A stretch of DNA of 64,000 nucleotides from an uncultured Verrucomicrobiae bacterium (GTDB lineage: Bacteria > Verrucomicrobiota > Verrucomicrobiia > Palsa-1439): NCBI GenBank assembly GCA_963842185.1, contig CAWJFL010000018.1, positions 1,262 to 65,261 on the forward strand. Reading direction: 5' to 3'. The notes below the pieces were generated by a model. It made no database searches. It was not told the DNA's origin and saw only the letters and a list, made by a program, of their open reading frames with translations. Below, piece by piece: positions 50,432 to 60,577 of the stretch (positions are counted from its first letter, which is position 1; every line of letters starts with the position of its first letter). The position numbers and the translations under genes were made by a program.

Positions 50432-50459
50432 ATGTTACGACCATTTATACACGTAACAC
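50432..50459. promoter_or_regulatory. NikR-type operator overlapping the rightward promoter
   Basis: ATGTTAC-N14-GTAACAC (28 bp) directly after TTGACA (50425-50430). Confidence 0.8.
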
Positions 50460-50502
50460 CAAAACAAATCGTCGCACATCAATATCGAAGGAAACCACTG
50501 TT

Positions 50503-51738
50503 ATGAAGAAACAACAAACCTACTTCACCGTACTCGCAACCACGCTGTTTCTATTCAGCGGGGGTGCCGCCCGGGCCCAGTTCACCTTGATCGAGTCGTT
50601 TAGCGGCACGAGTGGGGCCAGTCCTGGAGCGAATCCATATTACGGCGCGCCGGCCATTTCCGGATCAACTCTCTACGGAGTGACCGACTACGGCGGCAGC
50701 ACCGGCAAGGGCGTGGTCTATTCGATGAACACCGATGGCAGCGACTACACAATCCTGCATACGTTTACCGGCTCTACGTCCGACGGTTATGGTCCTCTCG
50801 GTTCGGTGGTGCTGAGCGGCTCGACCCTCTACGGGACGACCTACTACGGTGGCAGTGCCAACGACGGCGTTATCTACTCGGTCAATACCGATGGCTCCGG
50901 GTACCAAACGTTGTACAGTTTTACGACCGGTGCTGGCTACAAGCCATACAGTACTTTGCTGATGAACGGCTCGACCGTCTACGGGACGACCTACTACAGT
51001 AATGGCGGCCTCGGCTCGATCTTCTCGTTCAACACCTCCAGTTCCAGTTATAGCAATCTTTACACCTTTACCGGCGGTCCTGGGAGTGGCTCCAGTCCTC
51101 TTGGTGGTGGGTTGATAATGAACGGTTCAACGCTCTACGGAATGGCCACACACGGAGGCTCCAGTACCGTCAGCAGCAAGGATGGGGTTGTCTTCCAAAT
51201 CAACCCGAACGGCAGCGGGTACACCAACCTAGTCAACTTCGCCGGCGGATCGGATGGCGCCAATCCCTACGGCGGGCTGACGCTGGCCGGCTCGACTCTC
51301 TATGGAATGACCCGGATCGGCGGCAGCGCCAACGATGGCACGATATTCTCGGTCAATCTCGATGGCACCGGTTACACCAATCTGTACAGCTTCAGCGGCG
51401 GCGCACCGAGTGGCGCCAACCCCAACGGTTCGCTGACGTTGGCTGGCTCGACTCTCTATGGAACGACCAAGAGCGGTGGCAGCGCGAATGATGGCACAGT
51501 GTTCGGGATCAATCTTGATGGCACTGGTTACACCAATCTGTACAGCTTCGCCGGCGGAGCGGATGGCAAGAATCCGGACGGTGATCTCTCGGCGGTCGGC
51601 AACACCCTCTATGGATGGACTTCCGCGGGTGGCAGCGCGGGTGACGGCACGGTCTTCGCAATAACGATTCCGGAGCCGTCCAGCTACTCATTGCTCGGTT
51701 GCGGGTTGGCAATCTTGTTGTTCCTTCGCCGCCGATAG
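50503..51738 (+). CDS. GloVer-type tandem-repeat beta-propeller protein with PEP-CTERM
   Basis: Signal peptide, about 7 repeats of GSTLYGTTxxGGSANDGTVF..DGTGYTNLYSF, and IPEPSSYSLLGCGLAILLFLRRR. Confidence 0.88.
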   Translation: MKKQQTYFTVLATTLFLFSGGAARAQFTLIESFSGTSGASPGANPYYGAPAISGSTLYGVTDYGGSTGKGVVYSMNTDGSDYTILHTFTGSTSDGYGPLGSVVLSGSTLYGTTYYGGSANDGVIYSVNTDGSGYQTLYSFTTGAGYKPYSTLLMNGSTVYGTTYYSNGGLGSIFSFNTSSSSYSNLYTFTGGPGSGSSPLGGGLIMNGSTLYGMATHGGSSTVSSKDGVVFQINPNGSGYTNLVNFAGGSDGANPYGGLTLAGSTLYGMTRIGGSANDGTIFSVNLDGTGYTNLYSFSGGAPSGANPNGSLTLAGSTLYGTTKSGGSANDGTVFGINLDGTGYTNLYSFAGGADGKNPDGDLSAVGNTLYGWTSAGGSAGDGTVFAITIPEPSSYSLLGCGLAILLFLRRR

Positions 51739-51764
51739 CGCCAGTGCCAGAGCGTAGCGGTGCA

Positions 51765-52187
51765 TCATCCCGGCAAATCTTTTCCGGTGCCGGTGATGGT
51801 GAGCTTGCCGTGTTTGACGCCCTTGGCGGCGATGAGTTCGTCGGCCAGTCTTTTGATGTCAACGGCCTTGCCGCGCACCGCGAGGATTTCAAGGCAGTTG
51901 TCGTGGTCGAGATGACAGTGCAGCGCGGAGATAATCACCTCGCGGTGCTCGTGCTGGAGGTCGGTTAGCAAGTCCTGCAAGTGGTGCTTGTGATGGTCAT
52001 ACACGAGGGTAATGCTGCCCGCGATCTCGCCCCGGCCCAACTGTTGCCGGTGTTCGACCAGATGGGCGCGGATCATGTCCGCAATAGCCAGCGACCGATT
52101 GTCGTAGCCTTTCTCGCCGCACATGCGATCAAGTTCGTGCAGGAGTTTCTTGTCGAGCGAAACGCTGAAACGGGTGACCTTTTCCAT
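51765..52187 (-). CDS. nikR: Nickel-responsive transcriptional regulator
   Basis: RFSVSL RHH strand, YDNRSLAIADMIR, YDHH, QH, HCHLDHDNCLE nickel ligands. Confidence 0.96.
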   Translation of the reverse strand: MEKVTRFSVSLDKKLLHELDRMCGEKGYDNRSLAIADMIRAHLVEHRQQLGRGEIAGSITLVYDHHKHHLQDLLTDLQHEHREVIISALHCHLDHDNCLEILAVRGKAVDIKRLADELIAAKGVKHGKLTITGTGKDLPG

Positions 52188-52467
52188 AGTGTTACGGTTT
52201 CTCATGAGTAGTATTATTATGAGCGCCTGCGTCAAGCGTTTTTTGCGGCGTGACGTTTTCGTGGGAAGAACCTGTGCAGGACCAGTCCGTTCTCCGTCGG
52301 CGAAATTCGGACGCCACCGAAGTCTGCGCTGCAACCCCCGCCGCGCGCGCCAGCAGCGGGCAACTGCCTTGCCGCCCATTCTGTGTCTCGGCGGCGGCGG
52401 TGCCAGATGCTCGGAGTTCCCTGTCGACGCGTCCGCGATAGGCGATTGTTGGCTATGTCACTGCTGA

Positions 52468-53508
52468 TTATTCGACGGCGCAACCCACCCGAAAACCGTG
52501 AATGTCCTTCTGGTCATGCGGTGCATCGCCATCTCGATAGGCGGAGCATATGCGGTAGAACGGATGCATCCATCCATCCCCTTTGTTCGACCGACAACCG
52601 CCCGTAGGCGGCCCAACGGGATCGACCACGGCATCACGCGTGAACGGTGCATACCAGTCGGCCACCCATTCACGTGCATTTCCGATCATGTCGTACAATC
52701 CCCATGGATTCGGCGGGAACGAGCCAATCGGTGCCGTGTATTCATAACCGTCGTCTGCCCAGTGAAGATGAGTCTTCTCACTGCTGCGGGGTCCGCCAAT
52801 GTTCGCCTTGGTGCGATCCTCAACGTTGTCACCCCAGTACGTTAGGTTCGTGGTGCCGGCGCGGCAGGCATATTCCCACTGCGCCTCGGTAGGCAGGCCG
52901 TACAGATGGCCCTCTTTCTCCGACAACCAGCGGCAGAATAGTTGCGCCTCTTGCCACGTAACGGGCTGTACCGGGTGGTTGTCGCCATCGGTCCCCTCTT
53001 GATAAAACGGGCGGCGATGTTTGTGCTGTGTGTCGTACAGCTCGAATTGCTTGTTCGACACTTCAAATGCACCGATGATATACGGCTTGGTCAGCGTCAC
53101 TTGATGCTGCAGGTACATCGGACCGTCCTGACGCTCAGGGCCTCCACCCCGTGGGGCGGTCGGTCCGACGGAGTTGGTCATATTGTCCGGCAGCCCCATC
53201 AGGAATGTGCCGGGTTCGATGCGCACCAGCTTCATGCCGATGGAATTGACGAAGTACGTGACCTTGGCCGGTTTCATCCCCTCCGGCGCAGCGGTTTGGA
53301 CCTCAACGGTTTCGTTTGACCACGCAACAGGCGGGTTGGGCCATTGCGAACGATCCACCGGCGGCAAGTCTTGCATCGTCAGATCGACATGCCACTGCTG
53401 ACGATACCAAAAATTCACCCGATCAATGGCTCTCCACACAGCCGCGATCACGACCAACGCTATGACAATCTGGAGGATCCATTTCTTGGCCTTGCTTGGT
53501 GTGGACAT
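52468..53508 (-). CDS. Formylglycine-generating enzyme (SUMF1)-fold protein, membrane-anchored
   Basis: NSIGMKLVRIEPGTFLMG, LPTEAQWEYACRAG, NPWGLYDMIGNAREW, GFRV. Confidence 0.9.
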   Translation of the reverse strand: MSTPSKAKKWILQIVIALVVIAAVWRAIDRVNFWYRQQWHVDLTMQDLPPVDRSQWPNPPVAWSNETVEVQTAAPEGMKPAKVTYFVNSIGMKLVRIEPGTFLMGLPDNMTNSVGPTAPRGGGPERQDGPMYLQHQVTLTKPYIIGAFEVSNKQFELYDTQHKHRRPFYQEGTDGDNHPVQPVTWQEAQLFCRWLSEKEGHLYGLPTEAQWEYACRAGTTNLTYWGDNVEDRTKANIGGPRSSEKTHLHWADDGYEYTAPIGSFPPNPWGLYDMIGNAREWVADWYAPFTRDAVVDPVGPPTGGCRSNKGDGWMHPFYRICSAYRDGDAPHDQKDIHGFRVGCAVE

Positions 53509-53653
53509 TTGCAATTGAGAATAGTCGTGCTCTTGCATTTGTGTCAAGCATGTCCAGCGGGGGAGAGCACACAACCGTCACGGCGCGGAGGTTGAAAATG
53601 GGAGGCCCAGGTTAGGCGGCTTCCAACTTACTCAAGCTGCCAGAGCGCCCCAG

Positions 53654-53685
53654 GGGGCTCGACGTGACGGTCCACGTCGAGCCCC
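53654..53685. terminator. 13-bp perfect hairpin (terminator or mRNA stabiliser)
   Basis: GGGGCTCGACGTG-acggtc-CACGTCGAGCCCC. Confidence 0.6.
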
Positions 53686-53719
53686 TTCCCCCAGTTCGGA
53701 AACAACCAGTATGGTCCGC

Positions 53720-54730
53720 CTAGAAGTGATAGCTCACGTAGGTCTTCAAGAGCCACCGCGCGACCAACTGATCGCCACGAAAATCCATGAACACGGGCAC
53801 TTCGACATCCGTGTAGAAGCTGATCGGATGAACATCCACCTCGATACCAGGGGATACCAGAATCCGCTGGTAGCCGGAGGCCACGGGGTGGGCGGACTCT
53901 GCACCGTGGTCGCTGGTGCGTTCGGAAGCAATTACCTGGGCCAACGGCGTGACATGCGCGTTGTGGATCATCCAGCCTTTTGGGTAGAGGCCAGCGGCAA
54001 CATCGAGTTCGGTTCCCGGTGCGTACTGATTTCGTGTAATGATCGGCTGGTCCAACAACGCCTGTGCGAACCAGGTCAGACCGATGTCACCCGGGAGATT
54101 CCCTTGATGATAGCCGCCAAGAAGAATATCGGTGCTCCCCGTCCCGAGTTCCGAGTCACGATCGATGTCCCCAAATGCGTCGTTGTGGGTATAGTCGCCG
54201 GTCGGCAGTTTGAAACCGAAGTTTATGCCGGTGGACATATCCGGGGAAAACCCCGTGTAGATGCCTTCGACCCGAATGTCGCCAAGACTCGCCCAGTTGA
54301 GAGATACGATGTCACTGCCGGAGGCACCGCCGGTTGTCTTGAAGTATCGTTCGTCATACGGCACCTCGACCTGAAATCCCCAACTGCGGTCGAACATGTA
54401 CTGGAAGCCGGCGGTAACGAAGTGGGTGCGTATTTCCTTGTCATCATTATCGCCTCCTGGCGCCGGCGAGGTTCCATGCCAATTCTGATGCTGATCCTGG
54501 TAGTCATAATTGACATAGGCCATTCCACCTGCGCCTTGAGGAAGCATCAAGCCTGTGCCCACGTCGAAAACACCACATCCACACGCACACGCCCAGCCAA
54601 CTCGGGGCGTCAGAGCCACTCCCAACAACAATGCCAGACCAATCACCTTATTCACTGCACCGAAGCTTGTCTTCCGGTTGTTCATCTGTGTAACAACCGA
54701 CATCGAAACAATTGTGTTCTTCATTTTCAT
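53720..54730 (-). CDS. Outer-membrane beta-barrel protein with an N-terminal CACGC motif
   Basis: Signal peptide ending GWA|CACGCG, amphipathic strands, GLGDI-like and KLPTG motifs, terminal YxF. Confidence 0.72.
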   Translation of the reverse strand: MKMKNTIVSMSVVTQMNNRKTSFGAVNKVIGLALLLGVALTPRVGWACACGCGVFDVGTGLMLPQGAGGMAYVNYDYQDQHQNWHGTSPAPGGDNDDKEIRTHFVTAGFQYMFDRSWGFQVEVPYDERYFKTTGGASGSDIVSLNWASLGDIRVEGIYTGFSPDMSTGINFGFKLPTGDYTHNDAFGDIDRDSELGTGSTDILLGGYHQGNLPGDIGLTWFAQALLDQPIITRNQYAPGTELDVAAGLYPKGWMIHNAHVTPLAQVIASERTSDHGAESAHPVASGYQRILVSPGIEVDVHPISFYTDVEVPVFMDFRGDQLVARWLLKTYVSYHF

Positions 54731-54836
54731 TCTTGAATTCAAAGTTGCGAGAAACCGCAATGCGCGGCCCTCAGTTTACAGAGTCAAAACCATGCCTGCG
54801 CGACAACACACCACAAGCAACGACACAACAACAGTT

Positions 54837-55217
54837 TTAGGCGCAGCTCGCGCGCGGTGGGGGCGTCGGCGGTTGTTGGGAGAGAGACTCAACAAACTCG
54901 CTGCCGATCGACACAAGTTGAAAACGTGTGGGTGCAACCAACAGCAACAATTGCGTCGTAAGAGGAAATTCGAGCTTCGTCAATGGCTGGGGAAATTCCA
55001 TGCGCTTCTCGGACCTCTTCGCACTGGCGATGACTTTGCAAAGGGAGCATGGATGTTGGCCGTCAAACGTTCGCGAGACAGCGTCGGCAAAGGAAGAGCT
55101 GCGGAGGTTTTCGGCGAGCATCCGGGTCCACGCCACGGATTGCAACGCACCCCAGTGTGCGCCGGTCCCCGCCAGCAGCACGAGGATCAATAAAACGTTG
55201 CGCACCCGATTCGTCAC
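54837..55217 (-). CDS. Small membrane protein, DUF2946-like (CxxC plus Pro-rich C-terminus)
   Basis: TM segment with HW, HPCSLC, and PPTPPPR at the C-terminus. Confidence 0.65.
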   Translation of the reverse strand: MTNRVRNVLLILVLLAGTGAHWGALQSVAWTRMLAENLRSSSFADAVSRTFDGQHPCSLCKVIASAKRSEKRMEFPQPLTKLEFPLTTQLLLLVAPTRFQLVSIGSEFVESLSQQPPTPPPRASCA

Positions 55218-55430
55218 CGTTAGACTTCTCGCAGATTAGCCACGTCGAGTCAAGGGCGTTTGGTTGGCCGGTAGAAAGGTCGGGAAGCTTTGGGACACAA
55301 TCTTCGAATGGAGTCAGACCCGCGTTCACGACCAATCCATCCCGCGATGCAAACATGACCCAAGTTCGACCGGGCCGGCATTGAAAACAATCTAAGTTCG
55401 AGTGTCCTAGCGCGGCAACAATCTGGCACC

Positions 55431-55790
55431 CTACGACTGCTCTCTGCTGATCGTGGTGATGCTGATGGACGCGACAAAGGGTCTGACGCGGTCGAGATCG
55501 GCATAGCGTTTGGGTAGCACGTGGACCGTGGCGAGGTCGTTTTCGCGGAGCAAATCGGCCAGCCGACCGAGACGCCAGCCCAAGATCACCACGTCAGCGG
55601 TGGAGAAAGCCAGCGCGAGTTTTTGCGGTGGCGCGTTCTTGTCCTCGCCGGCGTCCGGGTTGGGTTCCAGGGTGTAATCAATCAACTGACTGGTGTGGAA
55701 GCCACGCCGGCGCTCCTCGTCGAGATGGAACTCGATGCAGGCGCAATACTTGACGGAGGTGGTGTAGCAGTCGTCTTTGGTGGGGTGCAT
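55431..55790 (-). CDS. Hypothetical protein downstream of the relaxase
   Basis: 119-aa ORF co-oriented with and adjacent to the relaxase. Confidence 0.6.
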   Translation of the reverse strand: MHPTKDDCYTTSVKYCACIEFHLDEERRRGFHTSQLIDYTLEPNPDAGEDKNAPPQKLALAFSTADVVILGWRLGRLADLLRENDLATVHVLPKRYADLDRVRPFVASISITTISREQS

Positions 55791-55812
55791 GGTGTGTTGA
55801 GGGGTTGAGAGT

Positions 55813-58800
55813 TCAGACACCAATGCCGCGAGAGTGGCCGATGCTTCCAGGCGGGGTGATGCCCCGACGCAGCTTGCGGCGGGTGGACTGCTCTTGCTGC
55901 AGAGCTTCTTTGACCGTGCGAGATCGTTTGAGGCCGCTGGTTCGTTTGACGGAGTCAGCCAGTTTGACGGATTCAGCCTGTTTTATGGACTCAGCTTGTT
56001 TGATGGACTCGGTTTGCTCAAACTTGGTCGTGACAGTTTCCTTTTGCTCAATGACGGACCGTTCGCGAAGCCATCGCTGCACATCTTCGGCCACCTGTGC
56101 GAGCCGTTGCACCGGAGACAAACGCGTGGCGCGGAACACTCGCGGCGACTGACGCATCGGGCGCACCGTGCGAAAATCTTGGTGCACCGTGGACACCGGG
56201 GTGCCGATATTTTGCTCTTGCTGCGGTTGTCGCAGGAAACCGAGTTTGGCCAGGTCATCGCGCAGGCCTTGGAGTTCGACGGCAGCCTTGCGTTCGCGCG
56301 AATCGGTCACGCGACGCGCGAGCAGTTCGACATCATCGGTGAAGACCTGGACGTGTTTACGCCCGCGAGAAATGGAAACGTAGAACTGTTCGCGGTTCAC
56401 CGCGCCGAAGGAACGCGACGATGCGACCAGGAGCACGTCATCGACGGTCTTGCTTTGTGATGAGTGCGAGGTGACGGCGTAGCCGTGGGTGAAGGTGTTG
56501 AAGGTGCCGGGCAGCACCCGGCCGTCGGTGAGCGTGATGCGGCCGCCGCTGATCTCCCGCACCTGAACGCGCTCGCCGTTAATGAACTCTTTGCCGTGAT
56601 TGGCTTGCAGCAACAGCCAATCGCCAGCGGCGACTTTCAACTCGCGGGACACGCCCACGTCGAACGAGGCGGCAGCACTGGCCGGGATAAAATCCACTTC
56701 CATTCCATCGGGACGGCGAACGCGCAGTCCGTTTTCGAGAACGGCTCGGATTTCGACCGTCTCGCCCCGATCAAAGTCGCGCGTTTTTCTGACAAAGCGC
56801 AGGCGTTGACCCGGTTCGTACTGGTTCGTATTCTTCTTTTGCGCTTGCGTCCACGAGAGCGAATCGAAAACGCACACTGTCTGCTCATCCTGGCTGACGA
56901 CACCCTCAACTTTCAGAGCCTCGCGCACCTTCTCCGTGACCGCTTCAATCTCGCCCCAAGTGGGTGAGACCAACAGTGCGGACCGTCCTTGTTTGGTCGC
57001 CGACAGGTATGCCTCAGCCGCCCGCTGGTAAAGCTGCCCATCCTCCGTCGCCGCCTCCGTGACCGCGCCAAGTTCCACGAGCTTGGCAAACGCCTTGTCG
57101 GTCTGTTTGGCGGCAGCCAGTTCGACCACCTGACGGAAGGCGGCGGGTTTCTGGCGACGGATGGTGGTCAATTCGCTGAAGCGGTAGGAGGAATACTGTT
57201 CGAGGATGCGGAGCGCATCCCCACGAGCAACGGAAGCGTGCTGGCCGGTGTCGCCGGAGAGCACCACACGAGCGCCGTTACTAACGGCCAGATCGAATAG
57301 TTTCACCATGTCATCGAGGCCAACAGCGCCGGCTTCATCCAGGACAATCACGCTGCGGGCGGAAAGTGTTCGCCGCATGGCCCAATCCGTCAGCAGCCTG
57401 GCGAGCGTGACCGATTCCAGCTTGTCCTTGCGCAGCGTATCGGCAGCGGCAGCAGTCGGAGCGCAGAACAGGGCCTCGAAACCTTCATTGTCGAGAATGC
57501 GGTTCAGTTCGACCAGAACCGTGCTTTTACCGGTGCCGGCCAAGCCACGAAACCCCGTGAAGCGGTCCGGGCTGGTGAGCAACATGTTCCAACGCCTTGC
57601 GCTGATCCGGGCCGAGATGAGACGCCGGTTCATAACGGCTGGTGATCGGGGCGATAGTGTCGATGGCGGCGTTGACCGTGCGAATCAACGAAAGCTCCTT
57701 GGTGAGGATGTCGCGGGTCGAGAACTCCGAACCGACGCGCACCAGTTCGGAGCGTTCCGCCAGCGCATTCTTGAGCAGCGGCAGGTCCAGTTGGCCGCAG
57801 CCGTTGACCAGGGCGGCTTCCAGAATCTTGTGTTGCGGCGCGACCGAGGCGCGCTCGAAAACGTGCGCGATGCCGTGGTCAACAGCCTCGCGCATCGTGA
57901 CCAAGTGGGCGAAATCCTCCGACTGACCATTGGCCGCTTCGACCACTTTGCGCAGCGCCCGTTTCTCGAAGAAACCGATCTCACCAAGCTGCTGTCGGCG
58001 CACTTGATCATCGGACGCGCCCTTGAGCTTCTTGGGGCGGGACTGGTGGACGACGTGAGCGATCTCCTGCTTGGTCAGTTTGCGACCGAGCTTCGCCTCC
58101 TGACGTTTGACGGCCAGGTCCCGTTGCTGCGACCGTTTCGAGAACCGGTCAATCAACTCAGGCGCGACGCCCTCGATCTCGAACCCGTTGGCGGCCTTCC
58201 GGGTGCGGTAGCCGAGCCGGTGGAGCCGCTTGGCCAGTTCGTTGCGATAGACGGCTGTGCCGTAGTTGAGTGCGCCGAACATATCGCCGGTTTGCAGCGC
58301 CTTCCACCGCTTCTCGGTGTTGTCCCAGGTGCAGTTGAACAGGACGAAATGCGTGTGCAGTTGCGGGTCCAGGGCGCGGGAAGACGTGTGCAGGAACGCT
58401 GCGCCGACCAGGTTGCCGGTGGTGCGATCCTGATCCTCGATGCCGCCCTTGCGAATGCGCGTGGCGGCGAACTGCTCAAGCTCGCGCAAGCGCCATCGTG
58501 GAGGCCTCTTGGTGTGCTTCGATGATGCGATGGTCATTCATCGTGACCGCAAGAATCGACACCGACTTGGGCGGCGAGCAGACGAAGTCGAAGTAGAGCC
58601 GACGGTCCCGGAACTGCTGCGGCGTGAGTCGTTCACCGGTCATCGGGTGCAGGTTGTCGCAGAGGCGCAGGAACACTTCGCGGGTGACAGGCTCACCTGG
58701 CTGCAAACCCAACCGTTCCGCGCCGATGCCAATCCAATGACCACCTTGATCGTGGGCCAAGACTTCGCCCTGGGTGTAGTAATCGTTGTGCGACAGGTGC

Positions 58801-58856
58801 TCGTCGAAATACGTCGTGGCGGCGACTCGATTCTTTTGTGGAATGGCGCTGAACAT
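55813..58856 (-). CDS. MobF (TrwC/TraI-type) relaxase-helicase, two frameshifts (~58490, ~57585)
   Basis: TYF..NDYY tyrosines, FSPPKSVS-like motif, HTSSRALDPQLHTH HUH, GLAGTGKS, DEAG, YAVTSHSSQSKT, YVSISR. Confidence 0.9.
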
Positions 58857-59322
58857 GGTCGGGGAGCTTACCGAAACCGTGCTGCAAAGTTGTTCCGAAA
58901 TGGGAACAACATTCCAAGGGTCCGTGTGGTGATATAGGCGGCGATGAAAGGATCGTTTGTCATCGCTGGAGTCTGGCACGAAAGCCGGCTTGTGTTGTGT
59001 ATGTCGTACACAAGCTCGCGAGACCCAAGGGCTATAACGCCACCGATGTCAGCTGGTTTCATGCGACTCACTGTAACCAGAAACAGTGGATAGATTGTTC
59101 GCTAGCGCGTTCAAACTGAGCAGGCCAAGTGTGGCATAGAAAAGGGAAAAATGAGCAGGACACTTACCCCTCCTAGCCCGAGTGGCGGGCTGCTGGAGGC
59201 CGGTGCGCTTGGCTGCTCGCCGCCAAGTGCCAAGGCTGCTTGGACAAACATTCAACGGCGAGTCAAACGTTGTCGGTGAAATCATCCAATCGCCGACGGC
59301 AGAAAAGTGGAAGGAATTCAGT

Positions 59323-59721
59323 ATGAGCACACGCATGGATTACACGCAGATCGCCGCGAAGCTGGATTACGCGGCGTTGGAGAAAAAACTGGAACAGTTG
59401 ACGCAACGCGAGCCGCCGAGGAAGCGCAAGACTGCTGCCGACGTGCTGGAGCCGCTGCGCGAACGGTTGCTGGCGTTGCGCGGCAAAGGCTGGAAGATTG
59501 GCGAATTGGCAGAGGAGTTGAAGGTGGCCGGTGTGCCGGTGAGTCCGGCGTGCTTGCGCGAGTGCCTGAGCCGCTGGACTGCGGGCGGAGACGCCGCCAC
59601 CAAGTCGCGCACGCGCCGCCGACCGAAATACGCTCCGTCAAACACCCAGCCGACGATTACAACGGGTCATGCCGGACGGAGCAATGACAGTCAGACCGGT
59701 CAGCGGGTGACGACGCGGTGA
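59323..59721 (+). CDS. Hypothetical DNA-binding protein, possible relaxosome accessory factor
   Basis: RBS AAGGA. HTH-like RERLLALRGKGWKIGELAEELKVAGVPVSPACLRECL. Divergent from the relaxase. Confidence 0.55.
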   Translation: MSTRMDYTQIAAKLDYAALEKKLEQLTQREPPRKRKTAADVLEPLRERLLALRGKGWKIGELAEELKVAGVPVSPACLRECLSRWTAGGDAATKSRTRRRPKYAPSNTQPTITTGHAGRSNDSQTGQRVTTR

Positions 59722-60298
59722 ACGCATCCACGTGGAATCTTTGCCGGTCATTCACCGGCAGAATGCTGTCAGACCCGGCGTGGCGGTCGCTCATAGCGCG
59801 TACCGCTCGCCGCGTCTGCCGCGCTGTCAAGGCGCATCGATCATGCGACACTGTCCGTGGCTGCGCGGTGCTCGCCACCGACAGCCGGGATGTGACGCTC
59901 AGTTGCCGGTCACGCTATTCACACACAGTCCGTAGTCACGGTCATACTCTGTCCACGCAGTATCCGCTCACAGACTCCAATCATTGCACTCGCCGTCTCG
60001 GGGCCGGTTGCCGGGCAGTGCTCCAAACATCTTGTGTACTTGCTACACAATCAGGCGACTTCCCTGTGCTATCGGTGGTCGAATGATTGCGCCTTATCAG
60101 TCATCGACTTTGCGTGACGTGCCGTTTCGATTGTACGGCTCGCGGCGCGCCGTCAATGTATTGCTCGCAACGCTGCGCTCCACATTGCACCGCGCTTGCT
60201 CCGCCGCCGGCCCTGCTCGTATGGCTTCACGCAGGAGTAATCGTCGTCAAGAGGTTCTTGAGACATGAAGGGTTGTAACGCAGAAACAGGAGATCACC

Positions 60299-60490
60299 AT
60301 GCAGACAAACAATAAGGAAATTCGACTCGCGCTGACACGACAGGAAACGGCGAGAGCCTTGGGCGTGACACCGATAACGGTTGACCGCTTGGTTGCTCGC
60401 GGACTACTGCGACCTTGCCGCGCATTGCGGCGACCGCTGTTTCCGCTCCCCGAGATCGAACGATTTCTGAAAGAAACGACTGTTGAATAG
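60299..60490 (+). CDS. Excisionase/HTH_17 protein
   Basis: ALTRQETARALGVTPITVDRLVARGLL..IERFL. RBS AGGAG. Confidence 0.8.
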   Translation: MQTNNKEIRLALTRQETARALGVTPITVDRLVARGLLRPCRALRRPLFPLPEIERFLKETTVE

Positions 60491-60577
60491 CGGTGTGCCA
60501 ACCAAGCCGCACTGTTCGCCATGCGGCCAGCCATGCGACTGACGGCGAACTCAGAATGACCCGGCCACCACCGGCCG

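Noticed and set aside
50310-50500. Cobalamin riboswitch upstream of the BtuCDF-like operon
   Set aside because: No B12-box is recognisable and the leader between promoter and ATG is only a few bases. NikR-type dyads explain the region.
50600-51660. Regular nucleotide repeats, also at 1-440, as a CRISPR array
   Set aside because: They are degenerate in-frame protein repeats, with no identical repeats, unique spacers or cas genes.
1-58856. Frameshifts in the PEP-CTERM, lipoprotein, ABC exporter, XRE, SBP and relaxase genes as pseudogenes or programmed recoding
   Set aside because: They are scattered small indels in otherwise undegraded genes (e.g. acgttgcc vs acgtttgcc in neighbouring repeats), so sequencing error is the simplest explanation. 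Only the IS630 shift fits a known programmed site.
59718-60278. Short ORFs between the accessory gene and the excisionase
   Set aside because: Arg/Cys/Ser-rich translations without an RBS or motifs, probably non-coding.
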